In this document: piece after piece, positions 25,201 to 40,200 of the stretch
Position numbering within the stretch: position 1 is the first letter of the stretch
How the letters are laid out: every line of letters starts with the position of its first letter
DNA from: Mobula hypostoma
Taxonomy: Eukaryota
DNA length: 64,000 nt
Direction: 5' to 3'
Assembly: GCF_963921235.1 (NCBI RefSeq)
Contig: NC_086097.1
Location: 105,836,001-105,900,000 of the forward strand
Translations under genes and position numbers: made by a program
Notes under the pieces: generated by a model
Databases searched by the model: none
What the model saw: the letters and a program-made list of their open reading frames with translations, nothing else
What the model was told of the DNA's origin: nothing

Positions 25201-28200
25201 GCAGTGTATGCAATGAGAAATCAACTTTTTTGTCTTTAATATCAAAGTGATATAACAGGTGTCAAACATCTCAGAATCATATGTGGAGTTATGTTATGAT
25301 GTTTCCATCAGGTTTGCATTCAGTACTTTAGAGTAAGATTGAAATATATACTTCTTTCAATGCCAAAGCACTGTATGCACTGAGAAATCAACTTTTTTAT
25401 CTTGAATAGCTAAGTGATATAGCAGGTGTGAAACATCTCAGAATCATCTGGGGAGTTATGTTAAGATGTTTCCATTAGGTTTGCAGTCAGTACTTTTCAG
25501 TAAAATTGAAATGTATACTTCTTTCAATGCCAATGCACTGTATGCACTGAGAAATCAACTTTTTTATCTTGAATAGTAAGTGATATAACAGGTGTCAAAC
25601 ATCTCAGAATCATGTGGGGAGTTATGTTAAGATGTTTCCATTAAGTTTGCAGTAAGTAGTTTTGAGTAAAATTGAAATGTATGCTTCTTTCAATGCCAAA
25701 GCACTGTATGCACTGAGAAATCAACTTTTTTTATCTTGAATAGCTAAGTGATATAACAGGTGTCAAACATCTCAGAATCATGTGGGGAGTTATGTTAAGA
25801 TGTTTCCATCAGGTTTGCAGTCAGTACCTTTGAGTAAAATTGAAATGTATACTTCTTTCAATGCCAATGCACTGTATGCACTGAGAAATCAACTTTTTTA
25901 TCTTGAATAGCTAAGTGATATAACAGGTGTCAAACATCTCAGAATCATGTGGGGAGTTATGTTAAGATGTTTCCATCAGGTTTGCAGTCAGTACTATGGA
26001 GCAAATTTGAAATGTATACTTCTTTCAATGCCAATGCACTGTATGCCCTGAGATATCAACTTCTTTGTCTTGAAGAGCTGAGTGATATAACAGGTGTCAA
26101 ACATCTCAGATTCATGTGGGGAGTGATGTTAAGATGTTTCCATCAGGTTTGCATTCAGTACTATTGAGTAAAATTGAAATACATACTTCTTTTAATGCCA
26201 AAGCACTGTATGCACTGAGAAATCAACTTTTTTATCTTGAATAGCTAAGTGATATAACAGGTGTCAAACATCTCAGAATCATGTGGGGAGTTATGTTAAG
26301 ATGTTTCCATCAGGTTTGCAGTCAGTACCTTTGAGTAAAATTGAAATGTATACTTCTTTCAATGCCAATGCACTGTATGCACTGAGAAATCAACGTTTTT
26401 ATCTTGAATAGCTAAGTGATATAACAGGTGTCAAACATCTCAGAATCATGTGGGGAGTTATGTTAAGATGTTTCCATAAGGTTTGCATTCAGTACTATTG
26501 AGTAAAATTGAAATATATACTTCTTTCAATGCCAAAGCACTGTATGCACTGAGAAATCAACTTTTTTATCTTGAATAGCTAAGTGATATAACAGGTGCCA
26601 AACAGCTCAGAATCATGTGGGGAGTTATGTTAAGATGTTTCCATCAGGTTTGCAGTCAGTACTTTTGAGTAAAATTCAAATGTATACTTCTTTCAATAAC
26701 AAAACACTGCATGCAATGAGAAATCAACTTTTTTGTCTTGATTATCTGAGTGATATAACAGGTGTCAAACATCTCAGAATCATGTGGGGAGTTATATTAA
26801 GATATTTCCATCAGGTTTGCAGTCAGTACTTTTGAGTAAAATTGAAATATACTTCTTTCAATGCCAATGCACTGTATGCACTGAGAAATCAACTTTTTTA
26901 TCTTGAATAGCTAAGTGATATAACAGGTGTCAAACATCTCAGAATCATGTGGGGAGTTATATTAAGATGTTTCCATCAGGTTTGCAGTCAGTACTTTTGA
27001 GTAAAATTGAAATCATACTTCTTTCAATGCCAATGCACTGTATGCACTGAGAAATCAACTTTTTTATCTTGAATAGCTAAGTGATATAACAGGTCTCAAA
27101 CATCTCAGAATCATGTGGGGAGTTATATTAAGATGTTTCCATCAGGTTTGCAGTCAGTACTTTTGAGTAAAATTGAAATGTATACTTCTTTCAATGCCAA
27201 AGCACTGTATGCACTGAGAAATCAACTTTTTTATCTTGAATAGCTAAGTGATATAACAGGTGTCAAACATCTCAGAATCATGTGGGGAGTTATGTTAAGA
27301 TGTTTCCATCAGGTTTGCAGTCAGTACTTTTGAGTAAAATTGAAATGTATACTTCTTTCAATGCCAATGCACTGTATGCACTGAGAAATCAACTTTTTTA
27401 TCTTGAATAGCAAGTGATATAACAGGTGTCAAACATCTCAGAATCATGTGGGGAGTTATGTTAAGATGTTTCCATCAGGTTTGCATTCAGTACTTTAGAG
27501 TAAAATTGAAATATATACTTCTTTCAATGCCAAAGCACTGTATGCACTGAGAAATCAACTTTTTTATCTTGAATAGCTAAGTGATATAACAGGTGTCAAA
27601 CATCTCAGAATCATGTGGGGAGTTATGTTAAGATGTTTCCATCAGGTTTGCAGTCAGTACTTTGAGTAAAATTGAAATGTATACTTCTTTCAATGCCAAA
27701 GCACTGTATGCACTGAGAAATCAACTTTTTTATCTTGAATAGCTAAGTGATATAACAGGTGTCAAACATCTCAGAATCATGTGGGGAGTTATGTTAAGAT
27801 GTTTCCATCAGGTTTGCAGTCAGTACCTTTGAGTAAAATTGAAATGTATACTTCTTTCAATGCCATTGCACTGTATGCACTGAGAAATCAACTTTTTTAT
27901 CTTGAATAGCTAAGTGATATAACAGGTGTCAAACATCTCAGAATCATGTGGGGAGTTATATTAAGATATTTCCATCAGGTTTGCAGTCAGTACTTTTGAG
28001 TAAAATTAAAATGTATACTTCTTAGAATGTCAAAGCACTGTAAGCACTGAGAAATCTACTTATTTATCTTGAATAGCAAAGTGATATAACAGGTGTCAAA
28101 CAGCTCAGAATCTGGTGGGGAGTTAAATTAAGATGTTTCCATAATGATTGCATTCAGTACTATTGAGTAAAATTGAAATGTATACTTCTTTCAATGCCAA

Positions 28201-31200
28201 AGCACTCTAAGCACTGAGAAATCAACTTTTTCATCTTGAACAGCTAAGTGATATAACAGGTGTCAAACATCTCAGAATCATGTGGGGAGTGATGTTAATA
28301 TGTTTGCATCAGGATTGCAGTCAGTACTGTTAAGTGAAATTGAATTGTATATTTCTTTCTATGTCAATGCACTGCATGCTCTGAGAAATCAACTTTTTTA
28401 TCTTGAATAGCTAAGTGATATAACAGGTGTCAAACATCTCAGAATCATGTGGGGAGTTATGTTAAGATGTTTCCATAAGGTTTGCATTCAGTACTATTGA
28501 GTAAAATTGAAATACATACTTCTTTCAATGCCAAAGCACTGTATGCACTGAGAAATCAACTTTTTTATCTTGAATAGCTAAGTGATATAACAGGTGTCAA
28601 ACATCTCAGAATCATGTGGGGAGTTATGTTAAGATGTTTCCATCAGGTTTGCAGTCAGTACTTTTGAGTAAAATTGAAATGTATGCTTCTTTCAATGCCA
28701 AAGCACTGTATGCATGGAGAAATCAACTTTTTTATCTTGAAGAGCTAAGTGATATAACAGGTGTGAAATATCTCAGAATCATGTGAGGAGTTTTGTTAAG
28801 ATGTTTCCATCAGGTTTGCAGTCAGTACCTTTGAGTAAAATTGAAGTGTATACTTCTTTCAATGCTAAGCACTGTATGCACTGAGAAATCAACTTTTTTA
28901 TCTTGAATAGCTAAGTGATATAACAGGTGTCAAACATCTCAGAATCATGTGGGGAGTTATGTTAAGATGTTTCCATCAGGTTTGCAGTCAGTAGTTTTGA
29001 GTAAAATTGAAATGTATACTTCTTTCAATGCCAATGCACTGTATGCACTGAGAAATCAACTTTTTTATCTTGAATAGCTAAGTGATATAACAGGTGTCAA
29101 ACATCTCAGAATCATGTGGGGAGTTATATTAAGATGTTTCCATCAGGTTTGCATTCAGTACTATGGAGTAAAATTGAAATACATTTTTCTTTCAATGCCA
29201 AAGCACTGTATGCACTGAGAAATCAACTTTTTTATCTTGAAGAACTGAGTGATATAACAGGTGTCAAACATCTCAGAATCATGTGGGGAGTTATGTTAAG
29301 ATGTTTCCATCAGGTTTGCAGTCAGTACCTTTGAGTAAAATTGAAATGTATACTTCTTTCAATGCCAATGCACTGTATGCACTGAGATATCAACGTTTTT
29401 TATCTTGAACAGCTAAGTGATATAACAGGTGCCAAACAGCTCAGAATCATGTGGGGAGTTATGTTAAGATGTTTCCATCAGGTTTGCAGTCAGTACCTTT
29501 GAGTAAAATTGAAATGTATGCTTCTTTCAATGCCAAATCACAGTATGCACTGTGAAATCAACTTTTTTTAATCTTGAATAGCTGAGTGATATAACAGCTG
29601 TCAAACATCTCAGAATCATGTGGGGAGTTATGTTAAGATGTTTCCATCAGGTTTGCAGTCAGTACTTTGGAGTAAAATTGAAATGTATTCTTCTTTCAAT
29701 GCTAATGCAGTGTATGCACTGAGAAATCAAATTTTTTATCTTGAATAGCAAAGTGATATAACTGGTGTCAAACAGCTCAGAATCATGTGGGGAGTTATGT
29801 TAAGATGTTTCCATCAGGTTTGCATTCAGTACTATTGAGTAAAATTGAAATAGATACTTCTTTCAATGCCAAAGCACTGTAAGCCCTGAGAAATCAACTT
29901 TTTTATCTTGAACAGCTAAGTGATATAACAGATGTCATACATCTCAGATTCATGTGGGGAGTGATGTTAAGATGTTTCCTTCAGGTTTGCAGTCAGTACT
30001 TTTGAGTAAAATTGAAATGTATACTTCTTTCAATGCCAATGCACTGTATGCACTGAGATATCAACTTCTTTGTCTTGAAGAGCTGAGTGATATAACAGGT
30101 GTCAAACATCTCAGATTCATGTGGGGAGTGATGTTAAGATGTTTCCATCAGGTTTGCATTCAGTACTATTAGAGTAAAATTGAAATATATACTTCTTTCA
30201 ATGCCAATGCACTGTATGCACTGAGAAATCAACTTTTTTATCTTGAATAGTTAAATGATATAACAGGTGTCAAACATCTCAGAATCATGTGGGGAGTTAT
30301 GTTAAGATGTTTCCATCAGGTTTGCAGTCAGTACTTTTGAGTAAAATTGAAATGTATACTTCTTTCAATGCCAATGCACTGTATGCACTGAGAAATCAAC
30401 TTTTTTATCTTGAATAGCTAAGTGATATAACAGGTGTCAAACAGCTCAGAATCATGTGGGGAGTTATGTTAAGATGTTTCCATCAGGTTTGCAGTCAGTA
30501 CCTTTGAGTAAAATTGAAATGTATACTTCTTTCAATGCCAAAGCACTGTATGCACTGAGAAATCAACTTTTTTATCTTGAATAGCTAAGTGATATAACAG
30601 GTGTCAAACAGCTCAGAATCATGTGGGGAGTTATGTTAAGATGTTTCCATCAGGTTTGCAGTCAGTACCTTTGAGTAAAATTGAAATGTATACTTCTTTC
30701 AATGCCAATGCACTGTATGCACTGAGAAATCAACTTTTTTATCTTGAATAGCTAAGTGATATAACAGGTCTCAAACATCTCAGAATCATGTGGGGAGTTA
30801 TGTTAAGATGTTTCCTTCAGGTTTGCATTCAGTACTTTTTAGTAAATTTGAAATATATACTTCTTTTAATGCCAAAGCACTGTATGCACTGAGAAATCAA
30901 CTTTTTTATTTTGAATAGCTAAGTTATATAATAGGTGTCAAACATCTCAGAATCATGTGGGGAGTTATGTTAAGATGTTTCCATCAGCTTTGCAGTCAGT
31001 ACCTTTGAGTAAAATTGAAATGTATACTTCTTTCAATGCCAATGCACTGTATGCACTGAGAAATCAACTTTTTTATCTTGAATAGCTAAGTGATATAACA
31101 GGTGTCAAACATCTCAGAATCATGTGGGGAGTTATGTTAAGATGTTTCCATCAGGTTTGCAGTCAGTACCTTTGAGTAAAATTGAAATGTATACTTCTTT

Positions 31201-34200
31201 CAATGCCAAAGCACTTTATGCACTGAGAAATCAACTTTTTTATCTTGAATAGCTAAATGATATAACAGGTGTCAAACATCTCAGAATCATGTGGGGAGTT
31301 ATATTAAGATATTTCCATCAGGTTTACAGTCAGTAGTTTTGAGTAAAATTGAAATCAATACTTCTTTCAATGCTAATGCACTGTATGCACTGAGAAATCA
31401 ACTTTTTTATCTTGAATAGCTAAGTGATATAACAGGTGTCAAACATCTCAGAATCATGTGGGGAGTTATATTAAGATGTTTCCATAAGGTTTGCATTCAG
31501 TACTATTGAGTAAAATTGAAATATTATACTTCTTTTAATGCCAAAGCACTGTATGCACTGAGAAATCAACTTTTTTATCTTGAATAGCTGAGTGATATAA
31601 CAGGTGCCAAACATCTCAGAATCATGTGGGGAGTTATGTTAAGATGTTTCCATCAGGTTTGCAGTCAGTACTTTTGAGTAAAATTGAAAAGTATACTTCT
31701 TTCAATGCCAATGCACTGTATGCACTGAGAAATCAACTTTTCTATCTTGAATAACCGAGTGATATAACAGGTGTTTACATCTTAGAATCATGTGGGAAGT
31801 TACGTTAAGATGTTTCCATAAGGTTTGCATTCAGTACTATTGAGTAAAATTGAAATACACTGTATGCACTGAGAAATTAACTTTTTTTATCTTGAATAGC
31901 TAACTGATATAACAGGTGACAAACATCTGAGAATCTTGTAGGGAGTGATGTTAAGATGTTTCCATCAGGTTTGCAGTCAGTAGTTTTGAGTAAAATTGAA
32001 ATGTATACTTCTTTCAATGCTAATGCACTGTATGCACTGAGAAATCAACTTTTTTTTATCTTGAATAGCTAAGTGATATAACAGGTGTCAAACATCTCAG
32101 AATCATCTGGGGAGTTATGTTAAGATGTTTCCATCAGGTTTGCAGTCAGTACCTTTGAGTAAAATTGAAGTGTATACTTCTTTCAATGCCATTGCACTGT
32201 ATGCACTGAGAAATCAACTGTTTTATCTTGAATAGCTAAATGATATAACAGGTGTCAAACATCTCAGAATCATGTGGGGAGTTATATTAAGATATTTCCA
32301 TCAGGTTTACAGTCAGTAGTTTTGAGTAAAATTGAAATCAATACTTCTTTCAATGCTAATGCACTGTATGCACTGAGAAATCAACTTTTTTATCTTGAAT
32401 AGCAAAGTGATATAAAAGGTGCAAACAGCTCAGAATCATGTGGGGAGTTATGTTAAGATGTTTCCATCAGGTTTGCATTCAGTACTTTGAGTAAAATTGA
32501 AATATATACTTCTTTCAATGCCAAAGCACTGTATGCACTGAGAAATCAACTTTTTTATCTTGAATAGTTAAATGATATAACAGGTGTCAAACATCTCAGA
32601 ATCATGTGGAGAGTTATGTTAAGATGTTTCCATCAGGTTTGCAGTCAGTAGTTTTGAGTAAAATTGAAATGTATACTTCTTTCAATGCCAATGCACTGTA
32701 TGCACTGAGAAATCAACTTTTTTTTATCTTGAATAGCTAAGTGATATAACAGGTGTCAAACATCTCAGAATCATGTGGAGAGTTATGTTAAGATGTTTCC
32801 ATCAGGTTTGCAGTCAGTACCTTTGAGTAAAATTGAAATGTATACTTCTTTCAATGCTAATGCACTTTATGCACTGAGAAATCAACTTTTTTATCTTGAA
32901 TAGCTAAGTGATATAACAGGTGTCAAACATCTCAGAATCATGTGGGGAGTTATATTAAGATTTTTCCATCAGGTTCGCAGTCAGTACTTTTGAGTAAAAT
33001 AGAAAAATTCCAAAGCACTGTATGCACTGAGAAATCAACTTTTTTATCTTGAATAGCAAAGTGATATAACAGGTCCGAAACAACTCAGAATCATGTGGGG
33101 AATTATATTAAGATGTTTCCATAAGGATTGCATTCAGCACTATTGAGTAAAATTGAAATACACTGTATACACTGAGAAATTAACTTTTTTATCTTGAATA
33201 GCTAACTGATATAACAGGTGTCAAACATCTCAGAATCTTGTAGGGAGTGATGTTAAGATGTTTCCATCAGGTTTGCAGTCAGTAGTTTTGAGTAAAATTG
33301 AAATGTATACTTCTTTCAATGCTAATGCACTGTATGCACTGAGAAATCAACTTTTTTATCTTGAATAGCTAAGTGATATAACAGGTCTCAAACATCTCAG
33401 AATCATGTGGGGAGTTATGTTAAGATGTTTCCATCAGGTTTGCAGTCAGTACCTTTGAGTAAAATTGAAGTGTATACTTCTTTCAATGCCAAAGCACTGT
33501 ATGCACTGAGAAATCAACTTTTTTATCTTGAATAGCTAAATGATATAACAGGTGTCAAACATCTCAGAATCATGTGGGGAGTTATGTTAAGATGTTTCCA
33601 TCATGTTTTGATTCAGTACTATTGAGTAAAATTGAAATGCATACTTCTTTCAATTCCAAAGCACTGTATGCACTGAGAAATCAACTTTTTTATCTTGAAT
33701 AGCTAAGTGATTTAACAGGTGTTATACATCTCAAAATCATGTGTGGCGTGATGTTAAGATGTTTCCTTCATGTTTTCATTTAGTACTTTTGAGTAAAATT
33801 GAAATATATACCTCTTTCAATGCCAAAGCAATGTAAGCCCTGAGAAATCAACTTTTTTATCTTGAATAGCTAAATGATATAACAGGTGTCAAACATCTCA
33901 GAATCATGTGGGGAGTTATGTTAAGATGTTTCCATCAGGTTTGCAGTCAGTAGTTTTGAGTAAAATTGAAATGTATACTTCTTTCAATGCTAATGCACTG
34001 TATGCACTGAGAAATCAACTTTTTTTATCTTGAATAGCTAAGTGATATAACAGGTGTCAAACATCTCAGAATCATGTGGGGAGTTATGTTAAGATGTTTC
34101 CATCAGGTTTGCAGTCAGTACCTTAGAGTAAAATTGAAATGTATACTTCCTTCAATGCTAAGCACTGTATGCACTGAGAAATCAACTTTTTTATCTTGAA

Positions 34201-37200
34201 TAGCTAAATGATATAACAGGTGTCAAACATCTCAGAATCATGTGGGGAGTTATATTAAGATGTTTCCATCAGGTTTGCAGTCAGTAGTTTTGAGTAAAAT
34301 TGAAATGTATACTTCTTTCAATGCCAAAGCACTGTATGCACTGAGAAATCAACTTTTTTTTATCTTGAATAGCTAAGTGATATAACAGGTCTCAAACATC
34401 TCAGAATCATGTGGGGAGTTATATTAAGATATTTCCATCAGGTTTGCAGTCAGTAGTTTGAGTAAAATTGAAATGTATACTTCTTTCAATGCTAATGCAC
34501 TGTATGCACTGAGAAATCAACTTTTTTATCTTGAATAGATAAGTGATATAACAGCTCTCAAACAACTCAGAATCATGTGGGGAGTTATATTAAGATGATT
34601 CCATAAGTTTGCATTCTGTACTTTAGAGTAAAATTGAATATATGCTTTTAATGCCAAAGCACTGTGTGCACTGAGAAATCAACTTTTTATCTTGAATAGT
34701 TAAATGATATAACAGGTGTCAAACATCTCAGAATCATGTGGGGAGTTATATTAAGATATTTCCATCAGATTTACAGTCAGTAGTTTTGAGTAAAATTGAA
34801 ATCAATACTTCTTTCAATGCTAATGCACTGTATGCACTGAGAAATCAACTTTTTTATCTTGAATAGATAAGTGATATAACAGCTCTCAAAAAACTCAGAA
34901 TCATGTTTGGAGTTATATTAAGATGTTTCCATAAGATTTGCATTCAGTACTACGGAGTAAAATTGAAATATATACTTTTAATGCCAAAGCACTCTATGCA
35001 CTGAGAAATCAACTTTTTTATCTTGAATAGCTAAGTGATATAACAGGTGTCAAACATCTCAGAATCATGTGGGGAGTTATGTTAAGATGTTTCCATCAGG
35101 TTTGCAGTCAGTAGTTTTGAGTAAAATTGAAATGTATACTTCTTTCAATGCTAATGCACTGTATGCACTGAGAAATCAACTTTTTTATCTTGAATAGCTG
35201 AGTGATATAACAGGTGTCAAACATCTCAGAATCATGTGGGGAGTTATGTTAAGATGTTTCCATCAGGTTTGCAGTCAGTACCTTTGAGTAAAATTGAAAT
35301 GTATACTTCTTTCAATGCCAATGCACTGTATGCACTGAGAAATCAACTTTTTTTATCTTGAATAGCTAAGTGATATAACAGGTGTCAAACATCTCAGAAT
35401 CATGTGGGGAGTTATGTTAAGATGTTTCCATCAGGTTTGCAGTCAGTAGTTTTGAGTAAAATTGATATGTATACTTCTTTCAATGCCAAAGCACTGTATG
35501 CACTGAGAAATCAACTTTTTTATCTTGAATAGCTAAGTGATATAACAGGTGTCAAACATCTCAGAATCATGTGGGGAGTTATGTTAAGATGTTTCCATAA
35601 GGTTTGCATTCAGTACTTTTGAGTAAAATTGAAATACATACTTCTTTCAATGCCAAAGCACTGTAAGCCCTGAGAAATCAACTTTTTTATCTTGAAGAAC
35701 TGAGTGATATAACAGGTGTCAAACATCTCAGAATCATGTGGGGAGTTATGTTAAGATGTTTCCATCAGGTTTGCAGTCAGTAGTATGGAGTAAAATTGAA
35801 ATGTATACTTCTTTCAATGCCAATGCACTGTATGCACTGAGAAATCAACTTTTTTATCTTGAATAGCTAAGTGATATAACAGGTGTCAAACATCTCAGAA
35901 TCATGTGGGGAGTTATGTTAAGATGTTTCCATCAGGTTTGCAGTCAGTACCTTTGAGTAAAATTGAAATGTATACTTCTTTCAATGCCAAAGAACTGGAA
36001 GCCCTGAGAAATCAACTTTTTTATCTTGAATAGCTAAATGATATAACAGGTGTCAAAGATCTCAGTATCATGTGGGGAGTTATATTAAGATATTTCCATC
36101 AGGTTTGCAGTCAGTAGTTTTGAGTAAAATTGAAATGTATACTTCTTTCAATGCCATTGTGCTCTATGCTTAGAGAAATCAACTTTTTTTATCTTGAATA
36201 GCTAACTGATATAACAGCTCTCTGACAACTCAGAATCATGTGGGGAGTTATATTAAGATATTTCCATCAGGTTTGCAGTCAGTAGTATTGAGTCAAATTG
36301 AAATGTATACTTCTTTCTATGCTAATGCACTGTATGCACTGAGAAATCAACTTTTTTATCTTGAATAGATAAGTGATATAACAGCTCTCAAAAAACTCAG
36401 AATCATGTTTGGAGTTATATTAAGATGATTCCATAAGTTTGCATTCTGTACTTTAGAGTAAAATGGAGATATATGCTTTTAATACCAAAGCACTGTGTGC
36501 ACTGAGAAATCAACCTTTTTATCTTGAATAGTTAAATGATATAACAGGTGTCAAACATCTCAGAATCATGTGGGGAGTTATATTAAGATGTTTCCATCAG
36601 GTTTGCAGTCAGTACTTTTGAGTAAAATTGAAATGTATACTTCTTTCAATGCCAATGCACTGTATGCTCTGAGAAATCAACTTTTTTATCTTGAATAGAT
36701 AAGTGATATAACAGCTCTCAAAAAACTCAGAATCATGTTTGGAGTTATATTAAGATGATTCCATAAGTTTGCATTCTGTACTTTAGAGTAAAATGGAGAT
36801 ATATGCTTTTAATACCAAAGCACTGTGTGCACTGAGAAATCAACTTTTTTATCTTGAATATCTAAGTGATATAACAGGTGTCTAACAACTCAGAATCATG
36901 TGAGGAGTTATGTTAAGATGTTTCCATTAGGTTTGCAGTCAGCAGTTTTGAGTAAAATTGAATTGTATACTTCTTTCAATGTTAATGCACTCTATGCTCT
37001 GAGAAATCAACTTTTTTTTATCTTGAATAGCTAAGTGATATAACAGGTGTCAAACATCTCAGAATCATCTGGAGAGTTATGTTAAGATGTTTCCATCAGG
37101 TTTGCAGTCAGTACCTTTGAGTAAAATTGAAGTGTATACTTCTTTCAATGCTATTGCACTTTATGCACTGACAAATCAACTGTTCTATCTTGAATAGCTA

Positions 37201-40200
37201 AATGATATAACAGGTGTCAAACATCTCAGAATCATGTGGGGAGTTATATTAAGATGTTTCCATCAGGTTTGCAGTCAGTACTTTTGAGTAAAATTGAAAT
37301 GTGCATGTCTTTCAATGCCAAAGCACTGTATGCACTGAGAAATCAACTTTTTTATCTTGAATAGCTAAGTGATATAACAGGTGTCAAACATCTCAGAATC
37401 ATGTGGGGAGTTATATTAAGATGATTCCATAAGTTTGCATTCAGTACTTTAGAGTAAAATGGAGATATATGATTTTAATGCCAAAGCACTGTATGCACTG
37501 AGAAATCAACTTTTTTATCTTGAATAGCTAAGTGATATAACAGGTGTCAAACATCTCAGAATCATGTGGGGAGTTATGTTAAGATGTTTCCATCAGGTTT
37601 GCAGTCAGTAGTTTTGAGTAAAATTGAAATGTATACTTCTTTCAATGCTAATGCACTGTATGCACTGAGAAATCAACTTTTTTATCTTGAAGAACTGAGT
37701 GATATAACAGGTGTCAAACATCTCAGAATCATGTGGGGAGTTATGTTAAGATGATTCCATAAGTTTGCATTCAGTACTTTAGAGTAAAATGGAGATATAT
37801 GCTTTTAATACCAAAGCACTGTGTGCACTGAGAAATCAACTTTTTTATCTTGAATAGTTAAATGATATAACAGGTGTCAAACATCTCAGAATCATGTGGA
37901 GAGTTATGTTAAGATGTTTACATCAAGTTTGAAGTCAGTAGTTTTGAGTAAAATTGAAATGTATACTTCTTTCAATGCCAAAGCAATGTATGCACTGAGA
38001 AATCAACTTTTTTATCTTGAATAGCTAAGTGATATAACAGGTGTCAAACATCTCAGAATCATGTGGTTAGTTATGTTAAGATGTTTCCATCAGGTTTGCA
38101 GTCAGTACCTATGAGTAAAATTGAAATGTATACTTCTTTCAATGCCAATGCACTGTATGCACTGAGAAATCAACTTTTTTTATCTTGAATAGCTAAGTGA
38201 TATAACAGGTGTCAAACATCTCAGAATCATGTGGGGAGTTATATTAAGATGTTTCCATCAGGTTTGCAGTCAGTAGTTTTGAGTAAAATTGAAATGTATT
38301 CTTCTTTCAATGCCAATGCACTGTATGCACTGAGAAATCAACTTTTTTATCTTGAATATCTATGTGATATAACAGGTGTCAAACATCTCAGAATCATGTG
38401 GGGAGTTATGTTAAGATGTTTCCATCAGGTTTGCATTCAGTACTTTAGAGTAAAATTGAAATATATACTTCTTTCAATGCCAAAGCACTGTATGCACTGA
38501 GAAATCAACTTTTTTATCTTGAATAGCTAAGTGATATAACAGGTGTCAAACATCTCAGAATCATGTGGGGAGTTATGTTAAGATGTTTCCATCAGGTTTG
38601 CAGTCAGTAGTTTTGAGTAATATTGAAATTTATACTTCTTTCAATGCCAATGCACTGTATGCACTGAGAAATCAACTTCCTTATCTTGAATAGCTAAGTG
38701 ATATAACAGGTGTCAAACATCTCAGGATCATGTGGGGAGTTATGTTAAGATGTTTCCATAAGGTTTGCATTCAGTACTTTTGAGTAAAATTGAAATATAT
38801 ACTTCTTAATGCCAAAGCACTGTATGCACTGAGAAATCAACTTTTTTATCTTGAATAGCTAAGTGATATAACAGGTGTCAAACATCTCAGAATCATGTGG
38901 GGAGTTATGTTAAGATGTTTCCATCAGGTTTGCAGTCAGTACCTTTGAGTAAAATTGAAATGTATACTTCTTTCAATGCCAATGCACTGTATGCACTGAG
39001 AAATCAACTTTTTTATCTTGAATAGCTAAGTGATATAACAGGTGTCAAACATCTCAGAATCATGTGGGGAGTTATATTAAGATGTTTCCATCAGGTTTGC
39101 AGTCAGTACCTTTGAGTAAAATTGAAATGTATACTTCTTTCAATGCCAAAGCACTGTATGCACTGAGAAATCAACTTTTTTATCTTGAATAGCTAAGTGA
39201 TATAACAGGTGTCAAACATCTCAGAATCATGTGGGGAGTTATATTAAGATGTTTCCATAAGGTTTGCATTCAGTGCTATTAGAGTAAAATTGAAATATAT
39301 ACTTTTAATGCCAAAGCACTGTATGCACTGAGAAATCAACTTTTTTATCTTGAATAGCTAAGTGATATAACAGGTGTCAAACATCTCAGAATCATGTGGG
39401 GAGTTATGTTAAGATGTTTCCATCAGGTTTGCAGTCAGTAGTTTTGAGTAAAATTGAAATGTATACTTATTTCAATGCCAATTGCCTGTATGCACTGAGA
39501 AATCAAATTTTTTATCTTGAATAGCTAAGTGATATAACAGGTGTCAAACATCTCAGAATCATGTGGGGAGTTATATTAAGATGTTTCCATAAGGTTTGCA
39601 TTCAGTACTTTAGAGTAAAATTGAAATATATACTTCTTTTAATGCCAAAGCACTGTATGCACTGAGAAATCAACTTTTTTATCTTGAATAGCTAAGTGAT
39701 ATAACAGGTGTCAAACATCTCAGAATCATGTGGGGAGTTATATTAAGATGTTTCCATCAGGTTTGCAGTCAGTAGTTTTGAGTAAAATTGAAATGTATAC
39801 TTCTTTCAATGCCAATGCACTGTATGCACTGAGAAATCAACTTTTTTATCTTGAATAGCTAAGTGATATAACAGGTGTCAAACATCTCAGTATCATGTGG
39901 GAAGTTACATTAAGATATTTCCATCAGGTTTGCAGTCAGTAGTTTTAAGTAAAATTGAAATCAATACTTCTTTCAATGCTAATGCACTGTATGCACAGAG
40001 AAATCAACATTTTTATCTGAATAGTAAGTGATATAACAACTCTCAAACAACTCAGAATCATGTGGGGAGTTATATTAAGATGTTTCCATCAGGTTTGCAG
40101 TCAGTACTATTGAGTAAAATTGAAATGCATACTTCTTTTAATGCCAAAGCACTGTATGCACTGAGAAATCAACTTTTTTTATCTTGAATAGCTAAGTGAT

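Noticed and set aside
20800..35000. Scattered 1-2-bp deletions in otherwise consensus monomers
   Set aside because: Cannot be separated from long-read consensus or polishing error without reads.
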